DNA of 64,000 nucleotides, taken from Eutreptiella sp. 'Long Island Sound 2002'. Lineage: Eukaryota; Protista; Euglenida. Positions 13,130-25,507 of the stretch are shown here, piece after piece (within the stretch, counting starts at the first letter, position 1; every line of letters starts with the position of its first letter). The translations under genes and the position numbers were made by a program. The notes beneath the pieces are model-generated. The model was given only the letters and a program-made list of their open reading frames with translations, was not told the origin of the DNA and searched no databases. The DNA lies in assembly GCA_964036045.1 (NCBI GenBank), contig OZ038379.1, positions 77,748,001-77,812,000 on the forward strand, written 5' to 3'.

Positions 13130-16100
13130 ATGAGGATGAACCCCCGTGACTGCGGTAGCCGCGCCGCCATTACAGACCCTGGTGCAATGGGAATACCCTA
13201 TAGGGGTTTGGGCCTTATTTCCCCTGTTCGAGACGACCCATGACACCTCACTTTAGTATGCGGCGACCCGGGGCAGGCGGGCGTAGCCTTACTTCACCAA
13301 TCGAACCGGGTGTGCGGAGGCAGTACGGTGCACTATCAGGCCTGCACGACCTGGCACATCGCGTTGGCCGTCATATCACGTCCTCCGCCACCGCACACAC
13401 AGCGTAACCGCCCCCCCCACTTATAACCCCCCCCCCCCCACTTATAACCCACCCCCCCGGAAGATCCGTGCCACCCGGGGACTTATAACCCCCCTTTTCG
13501 AGCACACAAGCATAGAACAAGAAGTGCCAGCGGATGGATTGCCAATAATCGGGAATCACTTACTTCTTCAAGAGCATCGTCATCATCCCCCTCAGGCAAG
13601 TCAACAAGCTCCTCATGTGAAAATTCTCCCACCACATAATCATCAGGAGCTGCGGCACCACCAGGGTGTCCCACAGATAGGTCCAAATCAATTTCCATTA
13701 CAAAAAGATGAATGACGTCTAAAGGTGCATATGTGTCTGGATCCATGCCACCAAGGGACTTATACCCCTCCCCCCCACTTGTAACCGAGCCCCCGGCACC
13801 CTCAACCAATCCGCAATGCCACTACCCCAAGGGGGGGGGTTATAAGTTGGGGTTGGGGTTTAGTAGGGGACCACTCCTCAAATGCGGCCACCGCCTTTGC
13901 GTCCATCAAACGGACAACACCCGGCTCGTCCCCCATCTTCGCACCTGGCCAAGCAGCAGCACCCCCAAAACCAGTAGCTCCCCTACAAAAATTCCTCAGT
14001 GACGCCAGAGCCACATAAGTCACGAGTCATTGTCCAGCGCAGCCCACGACAGCAGCAAGGGCAGTGTTGCAGTTGGGTCATCTGCGCAGCGCAATCCATC
14101 CACCTAGACACCCTGCAAGTCACGCTCAATCGCCCTCCACGCACCCGACGACAGTTGTCCCGAGTGGCGTAGTGCCCATCTGGCTTTGAGCCACTCCCTA
14201 CCGGCGCGCTCTTGGCATGACCCACAAAGTGGGACGGAGGCTCAGTGATGCACCCATAAGTGATGCACCCATACCGGCGCCATTTCACCGCACCCGCTGC
14301 ACTTTAGCGGAAGCACCGACCGTGATGGGACAGAGCCGCCTTCGCAGCATTGAGACCACAGGTCGTGCCATACATCATTGCAGGCCTCCTGGTGGCGGAG
14401 AAGCGCACCTGCAAGTGCACGAGGAGTGGCACTACGAGTAGGCTCGGCTTCGCACGGTCCCACGTGGACGCCGGGACGAGAACTGGCTGTCCGTCCATTT
14501 TGACCCACAGGTACTCGAGCAGCCGGGGCCACCGCACTGCCCGGAGTCTCGGTTTGCCCCCGCCAGGAAACTCCACCCATAGTCCTGCAAGATCTCCCCG
14601 ATGACGTCCAGTGTGGCTTGACCAGAGCTCGATCCGGGCCAATGCGACCACCCATCGGCGTCCCCTGGACTGGGCCTCGACTACCGGCCCAAGGTCGAAG
14701 GTATCCAACGTGTGACGGGCGTCTGCAGCCACGTTGTCATCCCCTTTTCGCAGCAACAGCAGCACCTTCGTGAGGCGACCCGGCGCGTTGTCCCCGTAGA
14801 TGCGCGCAAGCTGCTTGAACTACCATGGACCTTTGCCGGTGCGCCACCAAAACCATCCATTGTAGCTGCTAGTCATACAGCCACGGTGCCCCCACATCCA
14901 ACATGGTGGCCACCACTACACCTGGGAGGGAGCACAACGGTTGGTGCAAAAATGCCAGCACTTCACGGGGCCAGCCCATGATGTTCTGGACAGCAGGATG
15001 GCTTGCAAACACCTGGAGCCAGTGTTCGCCACGACCATCTCGGTCACGAACCATGGTACCACAGATGGTGGCCCAGGACTGTGCGGACACTGTACGGGAC
15101 CGCTCCAGATTGCAAAGAAGTCTTGGGCTACCAAGGATTCGATCCATTGGCCAAAGGTCTGCGCTACCGCCGCCATCCATTGGGGTAATGTGGACATGGC
15201 CTCAACGTGCGTAATGTACGACCTGGACACCAGCGACGCGTGCACCGGCGCGCGCTGAAAGAACGCCTGAAGGCTGCCAAGGAGGCCATCGAAAGGGTTC
15301 CACAGCGGCAACTACCTAACCCTCCCCGCCAGCAGAAAGAAGGGGGTATCACCTCGCAAGAATGCATACGCAGCCTTCCTGCGATCTCGCGGCGGCGGTG
15401 GCATGACCTTGGCAAGCCGATGATTTCTCCGGGCGTAACCATCCTCCCCAATTTGGATCATGTCCTCCAGGAACAATTTTGGCCTTCGCCGGGCCCCAGG
15501 ACGACGCAGCCCTCACCGCCGCGAAGAGCAGCTTGAGTTCTCCCGGGACTACCCCTGTCATTCGAGACTCTGTCCACGTGCAGCCGTGCTCCTTCCAGGA
15601 CATGAACTCCATGGCTCTGTCCGCGAGTGGCAGGTCCGCAACGAACTCCTCAACTTTCGCACATAGTAGCCGTGCAACTACTTCGTCCCTTTCGCACAGC
15701 ATGTGCATGTGGCCCGTGTCTTCCTCAGGTCCTCCACATAAAATGCACCGAAGCACCGGAATCACCGTACGGGTGATTTTTTGCCGCCCCCGTCGCATGA
15801 CTTGCATGGTGGGGAGGCGGCCGTTCCGTGCTCGCAGCAGGTCTCGGTGCGTAGGGCCGTGATGCACCGTTCCCAGGGGCACAACTTCACAAGCACCAGC
15901 TAACAGCATGTGGGCCCAGGTGCGCGCCGCTAGCGAGTTCCACACCACCAGCCTGACTTGCTGGAGGACCCGCATGGAGGGCACATGTGGTTCTAGCACC
16001 CCACCTTCATCAGGCACCAGGAGGGTGGCGTGTTCCTTTGGCAACAGGAGGTGTACGGACGAGGGCTTTGCGTAGGCCAAAGCGAAGTCTGTTCCTCCAG

Positions 16101-18024
16101 CGGGACTGCTGCCAGGTGCGAGTTTTCGCCGTACTACCCCGTGATGGGGTCCTCCAACTATGCGTGGCAGTCGGCGGAGCCCCTCCACGACCCAATTCAA
16201 CGCGTGCTGGTTGATGAAATGGGAGGTTGGTCCTTTGATGCCGCGGCACATGGCCTCCTAAGCCTTGCGCACGTGCGCCCCTATGATGGAGGCATCCACA
16301 ACATGAACCGTGTGACTTGATAGAAGGCGGTGGAGCAAGTATGCGGCCGCCCCGATGATCTCCGCCTCGCGGACCGTGCCACGGATGGAACCTCTCCACG
16401 TGGGGCTGCCATGGCTCGCCATTGCCACGTTCTTGACCCCGTCTTCCCGTGGGGAGGCATCAGAGGACGCGACCTTCATCGCTACTGGCACCTAGCAGTA
16501 CCTGTGGGGTTCCAGCCATGCCACGTCCGAATGTGGGCTCACCACGACTCTCCCTAGCAACGCTGCATTGAAAGCCGTCAGCTCCGGTGAGAGAGCAAGT
16601 TTCGGCCGATACACTCCATGCGGCCGCCAGTGTATGTCGCGTCCGCAAATGGACTTGATGGCGTCGAGGGTTGTGGTATACACTGCTCCCCACACGGTCG
16701 TGGAGCGGAGCGGCTGATATACCACCACCATTCCCTGCTCCACCGCCCCACCGTCGCGCAGCCAAGTGACAACGACGTGCGGATCATGTGGCACTTTGTC
16801 CAGCCTGACCACCTCCGGGACTGGGCTCGCATCAGCATCAGGGGCAAGGTCTGACGGCAGTAGTAGTACTATGGCCCACTTCTCTCGTCCTCACAGCGCC
16901 TTGCATGCCCTGCTGAACGCCGACCTCGCGTGTACTACCCACAAAGGCAGAGGGTCAAGACCGCCCCCGGCATGTGGCGTAAGAAAGGGGATAGACGCCG
17001 GATCGTCTTGTGGCCGATCACCGTCGAAGACATCCCCCAATAAGAACATCAGGGCGGCAAATGGAACGAACGGCATGGATGGCCTTGGACAGTCCGGGTT
17101 CCAGTCGTCGTCCCTGTACCCGCCCAACACATACGCATCGCCCGTAGCGGAATGTCTTGTGCCCTTGGTGGCCTTTTTGTGCCGCACCGGGTGAAGTAGA
17201 CGATGGGTCGGGGGACTGGGCACCTGGGACTGAAAGACCGCTCCGGGGCCTAGACAACACACAGATGCTTCTACCCTTGAAGGTGTAGGACCGAGTCGCC
17301 CACCGCCGTCTGGCCCATTGCACCAGCGGCAGACGGGCGTGCACGCACGAGTACACGGATGACGGCATGGGGAGTCCGACTCCCAGCGTCCCCATCGGTC
17401 TGAGTACTCGGTCGACCCACGTGTCTCCTGATGCAATGCGAACGCCGTGGATAAAACCATGAATTGACCGCACACTCCATACTGTGTGTGCAAGTCGTCA
17501 AGCATGGCTCTCAATTCACCTTTGATCACGGCCGAGCTATGATGTGTGAGCTGAGCCAAAGTTACTACCACGGAGTCACAACAAAGCACCCGAATATCCG
17601 CCAACTTAAGCCCTTTACCACACCGCACCACCACATTGGACAGGTCTTTGGGCAGGCTTTCAAACTGCAGGGCCACAATCTTGATAGCGGCATTTAACCT
17701 CACCACTGCCTCCGCAGTGATCGACAAGTACAGCGCCGCGTACCGCAGAATGTCACCCACCACCGCCGCGATCACCTCAAGGGGTACTGACGCCGGCCCC
17801 AGGGTGTTCTTGCACCAGCCTACGAGAGCTTCGCAACGGAGTACATGCTTCTCCTTCATGGATGCCATTCTTTTCCGATCCAGCCTGAGGCCCAGGTACG
17901 ACACAGTCCTCTTGCCCACCAGACAGACCCACGGAGTTACCGCGTTGTTAGGGCTCAGCTGCACCATGATCGAGGGGACGCGAGTGGTAGTGGCGTACGC
18001 ACACTTGCCAACATTGAGGGACAT
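13130..18024 (-). pseudogene. Decayed LINE pol: RT domain 7/thumb, RNase H, CCHC finger and long C-terminal extension
   Basis: MSLNVGKC...VSYLGLRLD matches the non-LTR RT LNxxK and YLG motifs. RNase H-like triad: VASSDAS / REAEIIGA / VHVVDAS ... GTDFALA (about 16070-16490). CILCGGPEEDTGHMHMLC at 15694-15747. YARRNHRL resembles the L1-type WxxRN motif. Several stops and frameshifts; the C-terminal limit is approximate. Confidence 0.8.
13407..13863. mobile_element. ~460-bp MITE-like insertion with apparent TA target duplication (Tc1/mariner-pogo style) inside the LINE ORF
   Basis: CTTATAACCCCCC motifs on the left (13420, 13441, 13482) and inverted GGGGGGGGGTTATAAG on the right (about 13831-13846). 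TA at 13405-06 and 13864-65. Removing it rejoins the LINE frame (AAFEEWSP-TLCVRWRR). The extreme termini match imperfectly. Confidence 0.55.
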
Positions 18025-18921
18025 GCATGAGGGGGGGTGTCCCCCATAGGGGTTGTGGTAGATGTAAAGGCCATAGTGAAATTACCCGAAAACTGACAAA
18101 TGCTGCGAATTAGAAAATTGTTCCATGGTGCCCAAAACACCAGCAAGCAAGTTTCGTCAAACAACGAGCACAACTGTTGCCTCAATCAAAGCAATGAAAC
18201 AAATGACTGAAACCCCAAAGCAAAGAAACCATCCACACCAAACCAACGATGAAACACCGGGAGACACCAAACAGGCAGCCACAAAGAGGGGACGCAGGTT
18301 GTAGCTCACTAGCAACTTCATGCCAATTTGACCAGACACATAACGCGTCATACCGGCCGACCATAAACAACACGCCTACCTGGGGCTGCCCCACCAACCC
18401 CGTGAGCTACTTGTGGGTGGGTTGCCGGTAACCCACCAGGTAATGATGACCCCCATGCCCAGCCCTAATAGGGCAAGGATAGCTTGGCCACCCGCAAAGA
18501 GGCTAGGCGCAAGCACACAGTCCACACACCTTTTTTAGCTTTTCCGGCAAAAAATCTTGTCCCCCACTTGCGGTGTTTTCCAATTTTTCCCATTACTTTT
18601 TTTCAACCGCAAAATTTCTCCCCCCCCCCCCCTCGTACCGGGTGAAACCTCTACTTTTTTCTGCCCCCCCCTCCCCGCAGAAGCTCACCACTTGCAGTGG
18701 TGTGACCTTGCGCGGCCCTACCGCCACCGTTGAGATTTATGCTCTAATTGTGGAACTTTGTGTGGCCTAGGGGAATGTTTGCCCGGCGCACTACTTTTCT
18801 ATTAACAATCCCGACGTCAGCCCCAAATTTAGCCTCTCATGGATACGCACGCCGAGTAGACCACATTGCATTGCACATCTTCCCTACAAAACACCTTACA
18901 TAATAAAGCAATCGCGGTGAA

Positions 18922-20274
18922 TTAAACCACTCCAACCGTCATTTGTATGCTCCTTAACAAACAACATTGGGTGTGGGTGTCAATACAGCTAGTACAATAG
19001 TGATCCTTACATTCATCACAAACTGCAACGGTAAAGCGCCTTTGACAACACAACACACACATTGCTGCCTCATCCTCTGCCTCATCTTGTGTGGCGGCTG
19101 AGTTGCTTTGGTGAGTCCAAGCATGAGGCGGGACAGGCTCCCATGGCCCATAAGGGGGGTGACAAACTTGCCTGCGAATGCAAAATTGGGTAAAATGCAA
19201 CAACATACGGACTGATTGGTGCAACTCATTGCGGCCGCCACGCCAAATGTTCCTAACCAAACCCCAATGCCACGACCAAGCAAACGGCTGCTCAATGTGT
19301 GCCCTATACCACCCGTGCACGTCATTGTAAGATTGGTGGCGGGCTGTCACAATGCCTTTCTTTCTTCCAATGAATGGCACAATGACATGAATCCGGCCTT
19401 TATAAGCACCATCATGGCCCCCAACTTAGAAATCAACGAAATCACCTCGGGTACGCGAAGGTCCATACCCATCCCAAATCAAAACATCGGCTGATATCCC
19501 TGGGGCCAAGGGGCAAATCCATGTAATGTTGCCCACCATGTCAACGGGAATAGTCACCTTGTAAAAATGCGACACATACTTCGGATTCCACAAGTCTGCA
19601 CTCCATATCCCGCCAATGGAACTGATGGGCATGGAGTGTGTGCAATGTGTCACAAAGAATGGAAAATGGGGAGAATGGTGGGAAGGATTCAACATGTCGG
19701 CCCATCGAATCTCTTGAACAACATGGTTCACATACTCACGAACACAGGCAACACTCTGCCGCCAACCAACCTCCGAACACCCTTCGCACCGCTCTCTGCA
19801 CGTGGGGTGTGTTTCATGCAAAGAAAATCGAAACAATGACTGAACAGCCGAGGACCTCGGGGTGCCCGTACTTCATCCAAAATTCCTCCGAGGTTTCTGC
19901 ATCCGCACCGATCCGTGCAACCTTGGTAAGCACATAGTTGGACTTGCATTGTTTCACCCACCATTGGAAAGCACCACCCTTGACATCGTCATAAACGGGG
20001 TGCAAAGGGTGTGCCAAATGCTTCAACACAGCGAGAAGGTACTCCAAAATCTCATCCTCTATCTTCTTGTTTTCCCTCTCACACTCTTCCCCTATGTACT
20101 CTCTTTCAGTGGAGGGTGGTTCAACAAGGCTGGGTTGGGGCTTGGGTTTGTCTTTCGTAGGCTTGGGTTTGGGTTGAGATTTGGGTTGGAGTTTGGGTTG
20201 AGGTTTGGGCTGGGCCTCAACATTGGAACTTGAGCTAGAACTAGGTCACTTGAACTTGAGCTGGAACTGCAATT
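18922..20274 (-). pseudogene. PIF/Harbinger (IS5-like, DDE_Tnp_4-type) transposase pseudogene, C-terminal part
   Basis: YKVTIPVDMVGNITWICPLAPGISADVLIW ... GGHDGAYKGRIHVIVPF ... YNDVHGWYRAHIEQPFA matches the family pattern vvDxxGxi...pGsxxD...DxgY...P...NxxhsxxRxxvExxF. ORFs 19426-19836 and 18922-19380 are in the same frame, separated by one TAA. C-terminal CVLC-x9-CDEC-x4-CTSC-x3-H. Confidence 0.8.
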
Positions 20275-20697
20275 CTATTGCCTTCGGCAAGGCACCTCGA
20301 AGAGGGGAGAGGGACAACCATTCTTGAGCTGCTCAGGCGGAAAAACTGCATAAGCAAGTTGTGCCCTAGACCCCCCGGGAGCCACCCCAGCCCCAACACC
20401 CAAATAGTGTGAAAAACCCATAAAAGGGGGCTCAAACATGCTTCACATGGGATATTTTATCATTTGGGATGGTCAAAGTATCAAAAAAATAAGTTTCAGA
20501 AAATTTCCATTTTTGAGGTGTTGAGGCGGGAAAACTGCATAAGCAGGTTGTGCCCTAGACCCCTTGGGAGCCCCCCCCCCCCCCCCAACACCCAAATGGG
20601 GTGAAAAACACATAAAAGGGGGCTAAAACATGCTTCACATGGGATGTTTGATCATTTTGGATGGTCGAAGTATCAAAAAAATCAGTTTCAGAAAATT

Positions 20698-23600
20698 CTA
20701 TTGCCTTCGGCAAGTCCACCTCGCAGAGAATCTACGGCAAGCAACACACACCCAAAATAGGGTAAAAAATACATAGATGAGGGCTAAAACATGCTTTACA
20801 TATCTTGGATATTTATTTAGGTGATTACGGTATCAAAAAAACAAGCTTCGAAAACTTCGATTTTTGAGTTGCCCGGGGTGAAAAACCGCATAAGCAGGTT
20901 GTGTACCAATCCCTTGGAAGCCCCCCCCCCCCCCCCCGGACCTAGTACCCAAATCGGGTGAAAAACACGTAAATACGGCCTAAAACATGCTTTACATACC
21001 TTGGATGGTCATATTGTGTGGTCACAATATCAAGAAAACAAGTTTCGAAAACTTCGATTTTTGAGCTGTCCGGGGTGAAAAACTGCGTAAGCAGGTTGTG
21101 TACCAATCCCTTGGGAGACCCCCCCCCCCCCCCCCCGGACCTAATACCCAAATCGGGTGAAAAACACGTAAATACGGCCTAAAACAGGCTTTACATACCT
21201 TGGATGGTCATTTTAGGTGATCACAATATCAAAAAAACAAGTTTCGGAAACTTCGATTTTTGAGCTGCCCGGGGTGAAAACCTGCATGAGCACGTTGTGT
21301 CCCGGCCCATTCACGAGGCCATTATTGTTGGAAACAGTCATTTCGCGTCTTTGGCACGGGTTGTGAACAGCCCTAAGCAAATCTAGAGACTGCAAAAAAC
21401 GTCCTTCCGTATCTTGGGAGGCATATACTGTCACAACATCCCCACTCACACCCCTCAGAGTGGGTACCACAGGGTCACTGAGGTCGCCAAAACCGCCAAC
21501 ATAGCAAAAAAGGCCAAAAATTGCATGAACTGCATCAGCGCTCGTCCCACTCCGCCCCATACAAACCCTATGGAGTCGGGACCCGGTGAAAATTTTTCGG
21601 CTCAAAATCGAAAAAAACCAAAAGATTCATGATTTTCGACCCAAAAAAAGGGGGGGTCATTTTTTGACCCCCCCCCTCCCTCAAAACCTCAAAAAAGTGG
21701 GTTTCAAGTGGGGGGGGGGGTCTGGGGGGGTCCAGACCAAAAACTCATTGAGGGATGCGTTTATTGGGCAAAATAATGATTTAACAAGGGGTTAAACTAA
21801 CAATTCAACCCCTTGGGGTAGGGTACACAAATAGGCCCAAAAAAGCCAAAATGGGGGGGTATGTGGCGTTTTCCCCATATATACCTCTGCCTGGCTTTGA
21901 TCTAACAACCTCTGCGAGGTGATTCTATTGCCTTCGGCAAGTCGACCTCGCAGAGAATCTACCGCGAGCAACACACACCCAAAATAGGGTGGAAACTACA
22001 TAAATACCGGCTAAAACATGCTTTACATACCTTGGATGATCATTTTAGGTGATCAGGGTATCAAAAAAACAAGTTTCGAAAACTTCGATTTTTGAGCTGC
22101 CCAGGGTGACAAACTGCATTAGCAGGTTGTGTACCAATCCCTTCGGAGACCCCCCCCCCCCCTTGGACCTAATACCCAAATCTGTGAAAAAGACGTAAAT
22201 ACGGCCTAAAACATGCTTTACATACCTTGGATGGTCATTTTAGGTGATCACAATATCACAAAAACAAGTTTCAAAAACTTCCATTTTTGAGCTGTCCGGG
22301 GTGAAAAACTGCATAAGCAGGTTGTGCACCCGTCCCTTGGGAGACCCCCCCCCCTGACCTAACACCCAAAAAGGGTGAAAAACACGTAAATACGGCCTAA
22401 AACATGCTTTACATACCTTGGATGGTCATTTTAGATGGTCACAGTATCAAAAAGACAAGTTTCGAAAACTTCGATTTTTGAGCTGTCCGGGTTCAAAACC
22501 TGCATGAGCACGTTGTGTACCAATCCCTTGGGAGCCCCCCCCCCCCCCCCCCCCGGACCTAACACCCAAATAGGGTGAAAAACACGTAAATGCGGCCTAA
22601 AACATGCTTTGCATAGCTTGAAATGTCATTTTGGGTGGTCACAATATCAAAAAAACAAGTTTCGAAAACTTCGATTTTTGAGCTGTCCGGGGTGAAAAAC
22701 TGCGTAAGCAGGTTGTGTACCAATCCCTTGGGAGACCCCCCCCCCCCCCCCCGGACCTAATACCCAAATCGGGTGAAAAACACGTAAATACGGCCTAAAA
22801 CAGGCTTTACATACCTTGGATGGTCATTTTAGGTGATCACAATATCAAAAAAACAAGTTTCGGAAACTTCGATTTTTGAGCTGCCCGGGGTGAAAACCTG
22901 CATGAGCACGTTGTGTCCCGGCCCATTCACGAGGCCATTATTGTTGGAAACAGTCATTTCGCGTCTTTGGCACGGGTTGTGAACAGCCCTAAGCAAATCT
23001 AGAGCCTGCAAAAAACGTCCTTCCGTATCTTGGGAGGCATATACTGTCACAACATCCCCACTCACACCCCTCAGAGTGGGTACCACAGGGTCACTGAGGT
23101 CGCCAAAACCGCCAACATAGCAAAAAAGGCCAAAAATTGCATAAACTGCATCAGCGCTCGTCCCACTCCGCCCCATACAAACCCTATGGAGTCGGGACCC
23201 GGTGAAAATTTTTCGGCTCAAAATCGAAAAAAACCAAAAGATTCATGATTTTCGACCCAAAAAAAGGGGGGATCATTTTTTGACCCCCCCCCTCCCTCAA
23301 AACCTCAAAAAAGTGGGTTTCAAGTGGGGGGGGGTCTGGGGGGGTCCAGACCAAAAACTCATTGAGGGATGCGTTTATTGGGCAAAATAATGATTTAACA
23401 AGGGGTTAAACTAACAATTCAACCCCTTGGGGTAGGGTACACAAATAGGCCCAAAAAAGCCAAAATGGGGGGGTATGTGGCGTTTTCCCCATATATACCT
23501 CTGCCTGGCTTTGATCTAACAACCTCTGCGAGGTGATTCTATTGCCTTCGGCAAGTCGACCTCGCAGAGAATCTACCGCGAGCAACACACACCCAAAATA

Positions 23601-25149
23601 GGGTGGAAACTACATAAATACCGGCTAAAACATGCTTTACATACCTTGGATGATCATTTTAGGTGATCAGGGTATCAAAAAAACAAGTTTCGAAAACTTC
23701 GATTTTTGAGCTGCCCAGGGTGACAAACTGCATTAGCAGGTTGTGTACCAATCCCTTCGGAGACCCCCCCCCCCCTTGGACCTAATACCCAAATCTGTGA
23801 AAAAGACGTAAATACGGCCTAAAACATGCTTTACATACCTTGGATGGTCATTTTAGGTGATCACAATATCACAAAAACAAGTTTCAAAAACTTCCATTTT
23901 TGAGCTGTCCGGGGTGAAAAACTGCATAAGCAGGTTGTGCACCCGTCCCTTGGGAGACCCCCCCCCCCTGACCTAACACCCAACAAGGGTGAAAAACACG
24001 TAAATACGGCCTAAAACATGCTTTACATACCTTGGATGGTCATTTTAGATGGTCACAGTATCAAAAAGACAAGTTTCGAAAACTTCGATTTTTGAGCTGT
24101 CCGGGTTCAAAAACTGCATGAGCACGTTGTGTACCAATCCCTTGGGAGCCCCCCCCCCCCCCCGGACCTAACACCCAAATAGGGTGAAAAACACGTAAAT
24201 GCGGCCTAAAACATGCTTTGCATAGCTTGAAATGTCATTTTGGGTGGTCACAATATCAAAAAAACAAGTTTCGAAAACTTCGATTTTTGAGCTGTCCGGG
24301 GTGAAAAACTGCGTAAGCAGGTTGTGTACCAAACCCTTGGGAGACCCCCCCCCCCCCCCGCGGACCTAACACCCAAATAGGGTGAAAAACACGTAAATGC
24401 GGCCTAAAACATGCTTTGCATAGTTTGAAATGTCATTTTGGGTGGTCACAATATCAAAAAAACAAGTTTTGAAAACTTCGATTTTTGAGCTGCCTGGGGT
24501 GAAAAACTGCATACGCAGGTTGTGTACCTCCCCATTCACTAGGCCATTATTGGTGGAAACAGCCATTTCGCGTCTTTGGCAGGGGTTGTGAACGGCAATA
24601 AGCAAGGCTAGACACCGCAAAAAACTTCCTTTCGTATCCTAGTAGGCATATACTGTCACAACATCCCCACTCGCACCCCTCAGGGTGCGTACCACGGGTT
24701 CACCGAGGTGGCCAAAACCGCCAACATAGCATAACTGGCTGAAAAGTGCATAAACTGCATCAACGCTCGTCCCACTCCGCCCCATACAAACCCTATGGAG
24801 TCGGGACCCGGTGAAAATTTTTCGGCTCAAAATCGAAAAAAACCAAAAGATTCATGATTTTCGACCCAAAAAAAGGGGGCGTCATTTTTTCGACATTTTT
24901 GACCCCCCCCCCCCCATCCCCCCCCCCAAAAAGTGGGTTTAAAGTGGGGGGGGGTCTGGGGGGGGTCCGGACCAAAAACTCATTCGGGGATGCGTTTATT
25001 GGACAAAATAATGATTTTACAAGGGGTTAAACTAACAATTCAACCCCTTGGGGTAGGGTACGCGAATAGGCCCAAAATGGGGGGTATGTGGCGTTTTCCC
25101 CATATATACGCCTGCCTGGCTTTGATCTAACAACCCGTGCGAGGTGATT
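20698..25149 (-). mobile_element. Head-to-tail trimer of an inner Helitron2-like subfamily (20698-21924, 21925-23538, 23539-25149)
   Basis: Each copy runs CTATTGCCTTCGGCAAG..ACCTCGCAGAG to ...TGCGAGGTGATT. The flanks GAAAATT and TCCATTTTTGAG rebuild the intact unit seen near 20500 (GAAAATTTCCATTTTTGAG). Confidence 0.75.
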
Positions 25150-25307
25150 TCCATTTTTGAGCTATTGAGGCGGGAAGACTACATGAAGAGGTTGCGCCCT
25201 AGACCCCTTGGGAGCCCGCCCCCCCCCCCAACACCCAAATAGGGTGAAAAACACATAAAAGGGGGCTAAAACATGCTTTACATAGCATATTTCATCATTG
25301 TAAGTGG

Positions 25308-25507
25308 NNNNNNNNNNNNNNNNNNNNNNNNNNNNNNNNNNNNNNNNNNNNNNNNNNNNNNNNNNNNNNNNNNNNNNNNNNNNNNNNNNNNNNNNNNNNN
25401 NNNNNNNNNNNNNNNNNNNNNNNNNNNNNNNNNNNNNNNNNNNNNNNNNNNNNNNNNNNNNNNNNNNNNNNNNNNNNNNNNNNNNNNNNNNNNNNNNNNN
25501 NNNNNNN
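25308..25507. other. Assembly gap (200 N)
   Basis: Direct reading. Confidence 1.

Noticed and set aside
15640-15700. Restriction-like endonuclease after the CCHC finger (ERDEVVARLL resembling RHxxV)
   Set aside because: The spacing is wrong, no PD-(D/E)xK motif follows, and the downstream RN motif fits L1-type C-termini better.
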